From the NCBI GenBank assembly GCA_965113315.1, contig OZ220365.1: a stretch of 64,000 nucleotides of DNA. One strand, written 5' to 3'. How positions within the stretch are numbered: position 1 is the stretch's first letter; each line of letters starts with the position of its first letter. The DNA comes from Podarcis vaucheri (lineage: Eukaryota). The translations under genes and the position numbers were made by a program. Below are positions 1 through 14,061 of the stretch, piece by piece. Under the pieces are notes generated by a model. The model saw nothing but the letters and a program-made list of their open reading frames with translations. It made no database searches and was not told the DNA's origin.

Positions 1-559
1 CTTTTACCTATCCTCTATTTTATTCTATGAACCACCCTGAGATGGGTGGTATATAAATCTAATAAACAAATACAATTTAAAATGTGCCCTCAGGTCTCAA
101 GAGTTTGGTGTCCCCTGCCCTGCGAGTGGAGAAAATGAGCTCAGGAGCACATTTGGCATGATCTAGACTTGCCTTACATTGGCGTGACACATTCTGAACT
201 GCATGTGCTCACCTCCACCACTACTTATCAGCAGGTCTGCTTACTGCCTCTGTTTGTGAGGTAGTTGATAATACAATGCTGTGCCAGTACACTAGACCTC
301 ACAGTCTTCTTTATTCCCCCATCCGTGTTCCCTAGAAGACGGTGATTTATATCTTGTTAGGGCACCAAGAGAAGCCTTGAGTTAAAGCCCTCCTATGCAC
401 GTCCTGTACTATTTCATAGGGACTCGTCCCCCTCTTTTTTCTTTCGCCTGATCCGCTTAATCTTTTAATGCATAATTAGGGAAAGTGCACAGTTGCAAAT
501 TTCCCTTCAAGGCAGGGCTCTCTCATTTGCCTAAAACAGCCAGCCTGTTCTGCCATCAG

Positions 560-2764
<2,205 letters not shown>

Positions 2765-5700
2765 TAGGATGATTTGGATTAGGAAACCTAATCTCAGAAA
2801 CCTCTAGGAGGTATTTTGCTGCTGCCTCTAAAGTCGACTCTACTTCTTGTAGAGAAGTTATGTAGCTTATCACAAGAATCCACTGGAAAGAGTTTGTAAT
2901 CTGCTCTGAAATGTCTGCACAGATCTTAAAATAACCAGTCACCACTGCAGGAAAGGGTGTGTATTTCTGAATGGAACTGAAAGAGTTGCATGGAAACTAC
3001 ATGCCTGTTGTGCTTGTCTAAATTCCTCTTCTCCCTTAATTGCTTGGCCTTGTGGTGTCCAGTGCAAAAATATTGTACTGCAGGCTGATGGGCATAAGGC
3101 TCTGCAGCACTCTATTTGGGAACCTTGATTCTCACTTAGTGGCATAAAGGGTTGTTATCAAAGGCAAAGTTCTTCCTTCCCTTGACCAGGAAGCTGCCCT
3201 CTCCCTCTTGTAGAAAATAATAAACGAGTAATCATTATCACTATGGTCTAAAAAGCATCTAGTTTGGTTCCAAAGCACTTCGGTTAGTCTACTAAGAAGC
3301 AATTGGGCTGTGGACTGCTCTGGTTCTAGATGTTTATTTTATCTCGGGAGATGCAAGTGGTTCCTTGAATTTCTGTGTCATTGGCTAACAAATCACTGTT
3401 GTGCCTGGTTACCCAGAAGAAAGTTCCACTGATTTCAGAGGGAATTATTTCCAGTTAAATGTACCCAGTAAAAGTAAACCACATTTTACAGGTTTATTCA
3501 AGACAGAGAGTAGAGAGGGTCTTGAATCTCTTGGCCCTGGAAAAAGAGAGATACAAAATGAAGTTTTGATTGGATCAAGCATGTTTGTGAAAAATTGTGT
3601 GTGGTTTGAGTTTCAAGGAACTGTAGCCTAGAAAAAAAGACTTTATGAAGTGGTTGGTTGATAAGCAGGATGTATTTCTTTAGCTGTGGTTCACAAGTCT
3701 CTCTGGTCTCTCTAGTCTCACGTAAGTCTATAACTGCTAAAGTTGTCAACTGATTAATGACCAGTGACCAGTCCTCATTTCAATTTATCTCTTCTTCCAT
3801 TAATTACTGGATTAAAATCAATATCTCTGCATTCCAGTATGTGTGTCTTAAACACATTCCTTCAATCAATAGATTCCTACTGACTGTTATCAGCATGCCT
3901 TAAAAAGTTTTCTGTAAGATACAGTGTAATTTAAATTCCTTGTGTTTAATGTATGACACATTAATTCAGTGAAACAGATGAAAATTTGTCTCCATAGCTT
4001 GCTTGTAAGGTTACAGAAATTACATTATGGATTACCATGGGGATATAAGGTAGGATAACGGCTAACTCCTCAATTTTGTTGAACTACTGATTTAAGTTTA
4101 TGCAGCCAATGAATTGAAGTAGACTAAACTGCTGTAAAGTAGAAGTATTTAGGTTTAATTAAATTGTATACCAGACTGCCAGTTTTCAGTTTACTGATTC
4201 CAGAGTAGTTCTGAGCTCCCTTGGGCTACTTTAGAGTAAATGGAGTGAAGACTGTACTGTGTGTTATGCACAAGCAGAGTATACTGAGAAGTCCCAGAAT
4301 TTATTTCTTAAGGAAAAATGCCTAGACAGTGCATAAAGTCAATGCACAGGGACAAGAGACACATTCTTGGAAGAGAAGCATACACATGGGGAAACCTCTT
4401 AGTATCATTCTTCTTTTAATGACATTTTTGTATCCAAAGGGAATGCTTCTATATTCTATGACAGTAGTGGCCAGTTGACAGCCTGCAGGCTGCATTCAGC
4501 CTATACTTTGATACTCCCACTACCAGGATGAAATCAGTATGAAAGTCCATCACATGTCCTTCTGTTTTGGAATGAGATTGGCACTTGCTGAGATCTTCTG
4601 TTCAGGGAAGCATAGGCAAGATATCCTGGTGGCTGCAATGCTATCATTTCCCAAATTTCTCTAGGCCATGAATAGCTTGACCAGGCAGGGCCTGTCTCTT
4701 CTGACTGAAGAAACTGCCTGTCCCTCCTCTGAGAGATTGACTGATGACCATATATATTGATTCAGTCTCATTAACTCCTGTAAGGTTAGACCAGTGCAAG
4801 AGATCCCTGAATTGCATGCCCCCTTGTTCCAATCGTTCCCTGTTGAATTTCCTGATAAAAAACAACAACAGATCCCTTCTTCTCCCCATATGTTGAGTGC
4901 TGATACGATCTAGACTGCAGCTCTTTCTTTTCCCTGTCATTTAAGTAAAATTATGGTATAAATTAACCTCATATCCCTTATAATGTGCCATAAGGACATA
5001 AGCCAGTATTTTATAATGCAGAACCCTAATCAGTGGAGTGTTAGTAACCCCATAGTTAATGGCCTGCAGAGCAGTCTTAAATACATCTTTCAAGAGAGTT
5101 GTATATTCCGATTGGTTTGGAAATGAAAGCTGAAGCATCCACCTTCTGTCTTATATAGGAATAAATGGTCCAGAAAGTTTAAAATTGCTGATAGGACTTC
5201 AGTGGGCACAATCAAGATTGAAAGCATTCTAACCGAAATAAAAATTGGACAAGCAGGGCTTATACTCAGTTTTTTAGGCTATGGTGATGGACCTCCTGTG
5301 GACACTTAAAAAAAAATATGTTGCTGAAGCTCTGCCCTCAATTCCAGAACAATCAAAGATGTGATTTTCAGGGAAACAGATCCCACAGATCCTTCTGGTT
5401 ACTATTTGGGACGCCTGTGGGTAATATTCTTTCCATATGCTACCTACCATTCTTCTGAGCGGTTCTGTTGCTGGGATTCACAGTAGTTCAGACCTGCTGT
5501 TAGTTATAGCTTCAAATATATTATATTTGCTCCATTATTAAGTATGACCATGCATTTAGTTTGAAGGCATATTTAACTGATACTTTGTTAATAACACAAT
5601 CTACAAGCAGCAGCTCATCTACACACAAGAGCTACCAATGTTGTTTGCAGGAGCCAAGTTGTTGCAGAAAGGGCATAGTTGAGATCTTCCTTGCAAAACA

Positions 5701-6366
5701 TGTAAGCAGTTGTTCATCTTAATAGGAAACATGTTGCAAACAATGCAATCCTAAAGTCAACAATGCAAGGCCTTTACACTCTCATTGGTAAACAGTAGAC
5801 TTTTCCTTATTGCCTGTTTAGTGAGTAGTTCACAATTGCCAGAAGTTGAGATTAATAATTAACCTGACTTTATTTATTTATTTAGGCTGGCAAAGTTGTT
5901 CTTTTTGTAGATTGAGATTAAAATATTGATGGTCTGGGAAGCAAAGTGTAGCTGAACTCTGCCTCTCAAATGAGCAAGAAGTTCCAGTAAATGTTCTTGT
6001 TGCCTCAACTGTCACTCCAACCTCTACTCAGAACCCACTGAAGGTTATTTTAAAAAATTGCTTAGCTAAAGCCTATATCCTTTCCCTATTTAACAATGAA
6101 GGATAATCCTCAGCGTGTGTGGGAAGTATTATTAAGAAGACAGTGAAAGATTGCAAGAAAAGCCATCTTAAAGGATGGCTGCAAAAGCTCTATGGAACAC
6201 CCCGCAGAATGTGTCAACAAAAGTCCTTAGATGAAATGCTCAGTTCTCAACAGTTAAGCATAACATCCCTTGTGTTATGGGGGTTCTGTGCTGGGGTTCG
6301 CAACCTTTGCCATGGTGACTTTTTCTAAGGGTGTTTGCAGCTTTCAGTAATGTTCTCAGTTTACAG

Positions 6367-6625
6367 GATGGGTAGGCAAACTGCGGCCTGGGGGCCAGAT
6401 CTGGCCCAATCGCCTTCTAAATCCAGCCCGTGGACAGTCTGGGAATCAGCGTCTTTTTACATGAGTAGAATGTGTGCTTTTATTTAAAATGCATCTCTGG
6501 GTTATTTGTGGGGCATAGGAATTTGTTCATTTTTATTTTTCCCCCCCAAAAAATATAGTCTGGCCCCCCATAAGATCTGAGGGACAGTGGACCGGCCCCC
6601 TGCTGAAAAAGTTTGCTGACTCCTG
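6367..6625. mobile_element. hAT-type non-autonomous DNA transposon (MITE)
   Basis: Imperfect TIRs (gatgggtaggcaaact … agtttgctgactcctg), ggccc-rich subterminal repeats, and an 8-bp TSD gtttacag/ctttacag (6359-6366, 6626-6633). Confidence 0.7.
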
Positions 6626-6939
6626 CTTTACAGGGCCAGTTTACAGCCAGGAGGTCCTTAAGATTTAGCAATGGCAGACTCTGAAGATGCAGAAAACGTT
6701 ATAACCTTAGATAATTCTAGTCATGAAGTCCTGATTCTTACATTTGCCAGGGACAGTTCTGCTCTTGCAAGGTGGAAGAGGGGGCTAGCTCTAATTCCTC
6801 CACCATGCAAATGGCATCATGTGTGAGTCACGTGCTCCACACAAACATCTATTCGTATGGATGTCAAGTACACACAGTCTCCTTCCTCACTCATGAACAC
6901 ACACTGTTCGGGAGAAAGGATAACCTGGACTAGGCCTGT

Positions 6940-7073
6940 TTCAGTGTATCTGAAGAAGTGTGCATGCACACGAAAGCTCATACCAAGAACTAACTTAGTT
7001 GTTCTTTAAGGTGCTACTGGAAGGAATTTTTTTATTTTGACTATGGCAGACCAACACGGCTACCTATCTGTAA
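6940..7073 (+). mobile_element. Short 3'-terminal fragment of a Penelope-like element carrying a hammerhead motif
   Basis: Differs at only 2 positions from the 3' end of the PLE at 14062-14951. Flanked by the 15-bp direct repeat CTGGACTAGGCCTGT (6925-6939, 7074-7088). Confidence 0.9.
6946..6983 (+). ncRNA. Minimal type-I hammerhead ribozyme motif (PLE-associated)
   Basis: GTAT-CTGAAGA-A-GTGTGCATGCACAC-GAAA-GCTC-ATAC. Stem I is GTAT/ATAC, core is CUGANGA…GAAA, stem II has an intact G-C closing pair, stem III is vestigial around the palindrome AGCT. Predicted NUH cleavage after C6979. Confidence 0.8.
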
Positions 7074-8614
7074 CTGGACTAGGCCTGTCTGTGTGATAGG
7101 GCATTTTTGTGAATGGAGTGCCCTGCTCACATTAGATGTTATCTGCGTGGTGGAGGGGAGTGGGTGAGCATGCTCCTCCACCTTGGAAGGACAGCTCTAG
7201 CCCAGCACCAGTGAATGTATGATCTATATCAGGTAATGATCTATAAACCACTGGTCCATGTATTTCAGCTACACTGTAGACAATTCTGCTTGTTATAGTG
7301 CCAGAAATGTTTTCATTTGCTCCTTGAAGCAAGTTTGTTAGGATGTTTCAGTAATCTGTAGATAGTAAGGAGGATTTAACTTTTATTGATGATGAATTGT
7401 TACCAATATATTCAAAAGTGTATGTGTATAGGGGTGCATATTAAAGCACAGACAGTGCAAGCCAGTCTAGAGACAATTCAGAAGGTCATGCCACTTTGAT
7501 GTATGAGACAGATTGAGATGTTGAACAGTGTTCCTAATAGGAATGCATAGTATGTCCATTTGAGACTTCAGGGTACATTTCTTCCTAATCTATAGCACAC
7601 ATGTAGACTAATACTAATTTAATATGGGGTTATGTCTGAAGCTGTTCTGGCGCCATGGGAGTGTAATTGCATTTTTGTTAGAGTTACTGCTACGCTCACA
7701 CTTCAAAAGCACCTGGAATGTTGTGCTGGAGGATTCCCTCAGTCTAGCTTTTGATTCCTATTTAGACTTTCTACATACCACGAGTAGCAAAGTTCCTCAG
7801 GTTTTAAGTAGTCAGAACTGGCCACTAGATTTCAGCATGGAAATAAGAAAATATGGTGGAGACATATACCAATCTGAACAAAGTAAACAGTGGGAAATGG
7901 TTGGAGACCAGTATATAGATGGAATTGATTGATGTTTACAACTAGATTTCGGACCAGGATGCCAACTAGTGCAGAGTGATTTCTGACTTAGAACCTATTG
8001 CATTTTGGTGGGTTTTGGTCTGAAACAACTTGCAATGTAAGGTTTAACATAACCTGGAGATGTCCAGAGAGATCTGGAAGCAGGTCTTTGGCACATCAAG
8101 TAGTTCATGATGTCATCAGACTTTTCACATCCTGGAAGCTATAAAACATATGCTGACAGGTCTTGCATGGCCTGGGAATGTCTGTAGGTGCATACTTTCA
8201 TCTCAGATCATGGTAGAGTGGATTGGAGAATGCAAGTTGACATGGGTATTAGCAGATGGTTTTCATTCTACAACAAGCCCTGCTGAAACTTTCCAAATTG
8301 GAATGAAAGGGCATTGCTTATACTTCCATGAGCAGGATTCATCTGTCTTTTTGATACTGCCTATGCTAAAATAGCCATATTAGAAGAAAAAAAACAAATG
8401 TGTATGTTAAAACACCTTTGCGCAACATAGTAAATAAATATATCAACCTTACGTTCAAGATCTGACACTTGGAGAAAATGTAATATTAATGAAAAGTATA
8501 TGAAATTCAACTACTTCAAATGGGATGGCTGGAATTAGTTGCATGGATGTATAAGTACTTCCATTTTACACCCATGGCAAGTTCTTGGGTATTTAGGTTG
8601 CTCAATTTAGTGCT

Positions 8615-8782
8615 AAACCAAAAGTACTGGAAACGGTTACTTCTGGGTTTCACAGCTCACACATGCGCAGAAGCGCTAAATCGCACCGCACACCTGCGCA
8701 GATATGGCGCTTCAGGTTGCGGGCTTTCATGTTGTGTATGGGCCTCTGGAATGGATCCCATTCGCAACCAGAGGTACTACTG
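8615..8782. mobile_element. Truncated Tc1/pogo (Tigger-like) MITE
   Basis: Ends …gaggtactactg followed by TA. Body (gaagtactgga…catgcgcagaagcgct) is shared with the copy at 58616-58850. Confidence 0.65.
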
Positions 8783-9815
8783 TACTTACAAAGAAAAAGC
8801 ATGAAATTTTGCATGGTGTTGTGAAATGACCTTCCTCTGCTGCCCAGCAATCTTCCATTTGGACTTTGCTGCCAGTGCTGACTGTTTTTTGGGCTAGTGG
8901 GGTAAAGCAGAGGGACAGGCACAGTAATTGACTTCTAGAAATAGAATATGTTGGCAGTTCTCCTGACACCAAGAAAATTCTCTGCCTGAATGTTCTCCTA
9001 GGTAGCTTGAGGTAGGTCACTGTGGCTCACTTTGCAGTAACTCTCAGAATGCTTTGTTCCCGAATCATCCTTTGATGCCCTGTCTTCCACACTGCCTTCA
9101 GGTGCTACCCCCTCCATGGTCTTTAATTCTGAAAAAAGAGGGTGGTTTTGCATGCCCCCCTGCTCCCTCTCCACAGATCTCTGTTCTTGGCACCACTCTG
9201 GTAATCAGTTTTAGAAGGATGGGCTCCTCCTTATGTCCATGTTTTTGTGTTGTACCTGTGTAGGAACCCTCCTACGTCTAGGCCTTGCTGATTTTGAATA
9301 GCTGCTGGCAGACTCCACAATAGCCCTACCCTTTAGGGTTTAGCCTTAGGATTTGTTAACATTATATTCCTTCACATAATATTCAGTGCGAAGTATAGCA
9401 CAATTAAAATTCAGTATGGACAAGCTGCCAAAAAGTTAACACTGTGGCAGGTGGTAGTATTTCTTCCATACCATGTAGAATCTAGGAATCCTTGGAGATA
9501 AAGTCTTCTGACAATGGCAGTCCCAAGGATGAGATGGATCAACTCTCTTTTATATGCCACGTGGAGTCATGGACACTGGAGTCTGCATCTCTTCCTCTGA
9601 ATCAGACCCTGATGTTTGGACCACAGACTCCTTGGAAGATCAAGAGAGCTCTGAGATCCCCACAAACTGAAATATGGAGGGTCTAGAAGACATCAGCTTC
9701 TGTGGTAAAGGGCCCTTTAATTGACCATATGTAGCACTCAGGGAATGGAGCCTCTACCTAGCCCAGGCTATAAGATTTGCCCTTTGCTTCAGGGCATTGC
9801 TTAGACAACTTAGAT

Positions 9816-9951
9816 CAGGCATAGGCAAACTCGACCCTCCAGATGTTTTGGGACTACAACTCCCACCATCCCTGACCACTGGTTCTGTTAGCTAGGGATG
9901 ATGGGAGTTGTAGTCCCAAAACACCTGGAGGGCCGAGTTTGCCTATGCCTG
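9816..9951. mobile_element. Palindromic hAT MITE (136 bp)
   Basis: Almost entirely one inverted repeat (caggcataggcaaactc … gagtttgcctatgcctg). Perfect 8-bp TSD ACTTAGAT (9808-9815, 9952-9959). Confidence 0.9.
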
Positions 9952-12900
9952 ACTTAGATGTTCTGCAGGTTCACTAACAGTGGTCCTCAAACCCACACAC
10001 AGGTCCCTCTCCAAGGTGCTGAACTTTCCTTTCCTTGCCTTCCTGTTTGCTTTGAATCTTGGGGCTACAGACCTCCACCTTGCTTGGACCATCATCTGTC
10101 CTTGTGGGTGGGACCCCCATGGATCAGGAAACATACACAATCCTGGAAGCCACCAGACACTCTTAGTTTGTGGTTAGGTATCTTTATGTCCTATATGCTA
10201 TGGATAGGACATGGATCACGTGCTATGGATAGGCCATTTTTATGACACCCTGGTAGAGGGTGGGAGCAAATGACTCTGTTAGGAAGTAAATTCAGCCAAC
10301 TTCCAGTACAATTTGGGGCTGATAGCAATTGCACTAGAGTAATGCTGCAACAGGTGGTGTGTATACAAATCTTTAGATACTAATGCTATAGCTACGTATT
10401 TTACCCACATATATTGGTCTTATACCAGTTTAACTAGCATGGCCTCCCACAAAAAGCCAGTGAACTATAGTTTGATTAAGGTGCTCAGAATTCTCTGCTA
10501 GAGCTCCCCAGCATTCCCTGCCCTGGAGAACAGAAACAACTATCAAATCAGTTTATATCTAGTGCAAAGTCATTATTAAATGTTAACTCCTTCCCCAGCT
10601 GCAATTCCACTGAAAATGTTCCTGTGCTGGAATTATGCTTGAAGGTAGTCTTCTATAGGTGTGAATTAGGTTTTCAAACCTAAATGATGGGGTAGGATGG
10701 GAGGCTAAGAAGTAGAAGCTGCAGTTCAGTTAGTGAGGCTCCATGACCCTCCGTGGTCTCAACAGGCTGGCCATTTCCCACCCCTGGCTTGGATCATATG
10801 ATAATAATCATGATGGATAATTAATTTATTGTTATTCTTTTTGTTTGATTTTGTAATCCTGACAACAGAAATTATGCTAAGAGTGAGATATTTAAACTGT
10901 GAGTGAGATGCTGAAAGCTACTGGCAATAGCTACCTCATTCTGCTGTCTCACTATGGCTCTTACAAATCAACTCTGTGCAATTATTTTGCTTGTGTTTAA
11001 TTCTGTTGTATTTGCCTCATTTGAATGGGGTGTAACTTCAGATGCAATGCAACCTCAGTTGGTAATCTTCCTGTAGTTCAAAAGGAATATTTCCCCCATT
11101 GATTCTCATTGATGTCAGTCTAATGTGTAGGCATGCTTAATGTTTAAAGTGTGAAAATTCTCAGTTGGCCCAGTTATTAATCACCTGCATATGAATATGC
11201 AAATGACTTTTGCAACTATTGCCTTCAAAACTGCTCAGTTCCCACTGACTTCCACAGGATGTTAGCGTATACAATTGCAGTGTGTGTCTGTATTTCTACC
11301 ATTAGTTGGTTCATTTTCTATATAGCCCATTTTTGTCAGTAATTAACATTCTCAATTTACAGATGAGTTCAACTTGGATTTGAACCCAAGTTTAAATTAT
11401 AGAAACAACAACTACCCAGTGGACCACATTGGTTTTCAATGGTCTCCACAGAAGTAAGGTTCAGAGAACAATTTAACTGCACTATGAACTATGAATGAAG
11501 AGCAGTTTCTGCATAACCTGAGCTTGGTGAAATTTCTAAGCAGTGCAGAACTGTATAGCCCTCTATTTCTGACTTATCTTGGTGTCTATCATAAGTATTT
11601 GTATGTCCGTCTTCCTCTAAACTGCTAGAATAGTTAAACGTGACATTTAAGTCATAGGTGTACCAAAATGTTGGTACAGGCTGTATTCCTTTATGGTAAA
11701 GAGATGCAGTTATTCACATTTATATTTGGGGAAACGTGGCAGAGAAAAGCTTTGTTTTCATGGATGCAAAGTGTCTTCAGAAGACAAGGAAGCTCCCAAG
11801 GCAGCACTATGACCATTGGATTATTTTCCCCATTGTCATTACCTATAATATGCACTGCTGCTGGCATGTTGTTTATTATACTTCAGTTCCAAAGAGAGAC
11901 CTGGCCTGAGCAGGTTCTCATCCATGATCCCGCCAAGACTTTTCCAAAAGTTGGAATTCTGTTTCATATAAATAGACTTGGCTCTGGAGAAGTTTCCAGT
12001 TAATACATGCTTCCGTCTTGTTTAGTTAGGAGAACAAGTAGATTCAGCAGCCAGGATGCCTGAATTTTCTCTGATCTGTTCAATAAAATGTCCTTTTGAA
12101 ACGTAGTGAGTTATACCCCTCCTCCCCACTGCCGTCCCTTCCTGAGCAGTTTTCATGAAAAACAATTTATTTGACAAACCGTAGCCTTGTTCCCTGTTTG
12201 CACGCTGCCTATCTGTAGCTTATGGATGTCTCTGGCTTGTCAGAGTTATTTGCCACCTAATTTCAGCAAACGTTTTTCGGTCTGCAACTTGCTTATGCGA
12301 AGGTCACTACGTATATTTGATATTCAAAGTTCAAGCTCCTGTTTGAAGGCCAGTGATATGGATTTGTCTCTGGCTCTGAGCATCACACTTGGAAACATAG
12401 ACTTGTGCCAAGGAATCTGAAGTTTGCTTCCTGAAGTATAATTTTACATTTGCTTATCATTCGGCTGCCTTTTGTTAGAATTCTTAACAGTAACCCAACC
12501 TGCTAAAATATTGATAGGTAAAAATATATTGCACAATGTACCAGCCAAGTCAGAACAGTGTTTAATATATAGGAAAATATACAAGATTTCTTTTCAAGTG
12601 ATTACTTTAGCTGGGGCTATTTTGTACATCTGTTTCTGAAAATTTGCAGTCCCTCAAGGGACACTGCGTTATGTAAATATTTAGCAGAAATATAATTATA
12701 GCTAGAAATCAACAGGAGGCAACAACTCTGCATGCATACCTACTGCTCAAAGCATCTGAATGCTGCATTCAAACCACTTTGTATGTTTGTTTACCTGAAA
12801 GGAAGGCACTCTAAAACTAGTCATTATGTTTGGAAAATGAGGTCTAAATTCCTTTCCCCAAGGTATTTCGGCTACAACCCTATGCACTGTACACGCGGAT

Positions 12901-13866
12901 CTGAGTGTAAATCCCATTGACTCACCCTGGCTTACTTCTGAGTACACATGTATAGAACTACACTGTTAATGGGTCAGTGGCAGAACTGGAATGCAATCTC
13001 TACCTCACAAGACTGTTTCCCAAATTTCTCTTGAACTGATTGAATTATTACTCTTCCCTTATACAAAGAATATTCAGAAATGTGTGCTACGGCATAGGCG
13101 GCCATGCATAGATGAAAAAGGTCCTTTCTGAAATGAGCTACATTTGTCTTGCCTCTGTAATTCAGAAAAATTTGGTTGGAGAAAAATGTCATGAAAGCAT
13201 AAATGCAGATTTGATAAGTTTGACCTTTCTTCTCTTCACAACAATAAATGTCAGAAAGCTTAAAATGACAAGGTGGAATAGCTGGAGGTTATTTATGTCT
13301 TTAAATATTTAGGCAAGAAATGCATTTTGAGAATAACAGGCCAATCCACTACACTATAGGCGCACCTCCTCTAGTCTCAATCATACGTACCCACAGCGGC
13401 AAAAGCCGAAAACCAACCATGAACAGTAGCATGCAAGAAATAATGTAGCACCACCGACATACATTCCCACAGTGGCAACTACAGCAGCACCAGTCAATAA
13501 TGGCATTGTGTATTGACAATAGCACATCATATTCATGCATGGAGGGCATCAATCAACATGCAGAAGCAGTAAGGAGGTTATGATGATATTATGGAGCCTG
13601 GTCCTCACCTCCTCCCACACACAATACAGAAGGATGCTGCCAAAATGCTGCCAAGAAGAGTCCACAGTGCCTCCCTTATCAGAGGCGCCAGTGACTAGCA
13701 GTGAGAAGGGCAGCGACTGAAGTGATGCATGAAGCCACCAACCTCAAGGCTTCCTCTCAGAAAAGAGTTTAATTTCCCTTGCAGTCCAGCCATTCCAGTC
13801 TCAACATCCAAGTCACCCCCATAGGTAAAAGGCCTGCACATGTATTCCATATGGTGACAGTGCACA

Positions 13867-13868
<2 letters not shown>

Positions 13869-13921
<53 letters not shown>

Positions 13922-13935
13922 GAGAGAGAGAGAGA
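13869..13935. repeat. Compound microsatellite (TC)n(AC)n(AG)n
   Basis: Directly visible. Confidence 0.95.
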
Positions 13936-14061
13936 CATTGGGAAAGTGTTTAAGTCCCACTGAGATGCCACACAAAAAATGGGACATATCACTGCACACA
14001 GTGTGTTTGGGTGGATGTCTGTGTGAGAGTAACACAGGTTTTGTAAGGAACAGCAGACACA

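Noticed and set aside
8085-8125. Minus-strand CTGATGA followed by a CATCA/TGATG hairpin (similar case at 37390-37430)
   Set aside because: No GAAA box after the hairpin, so not a hammerhead.
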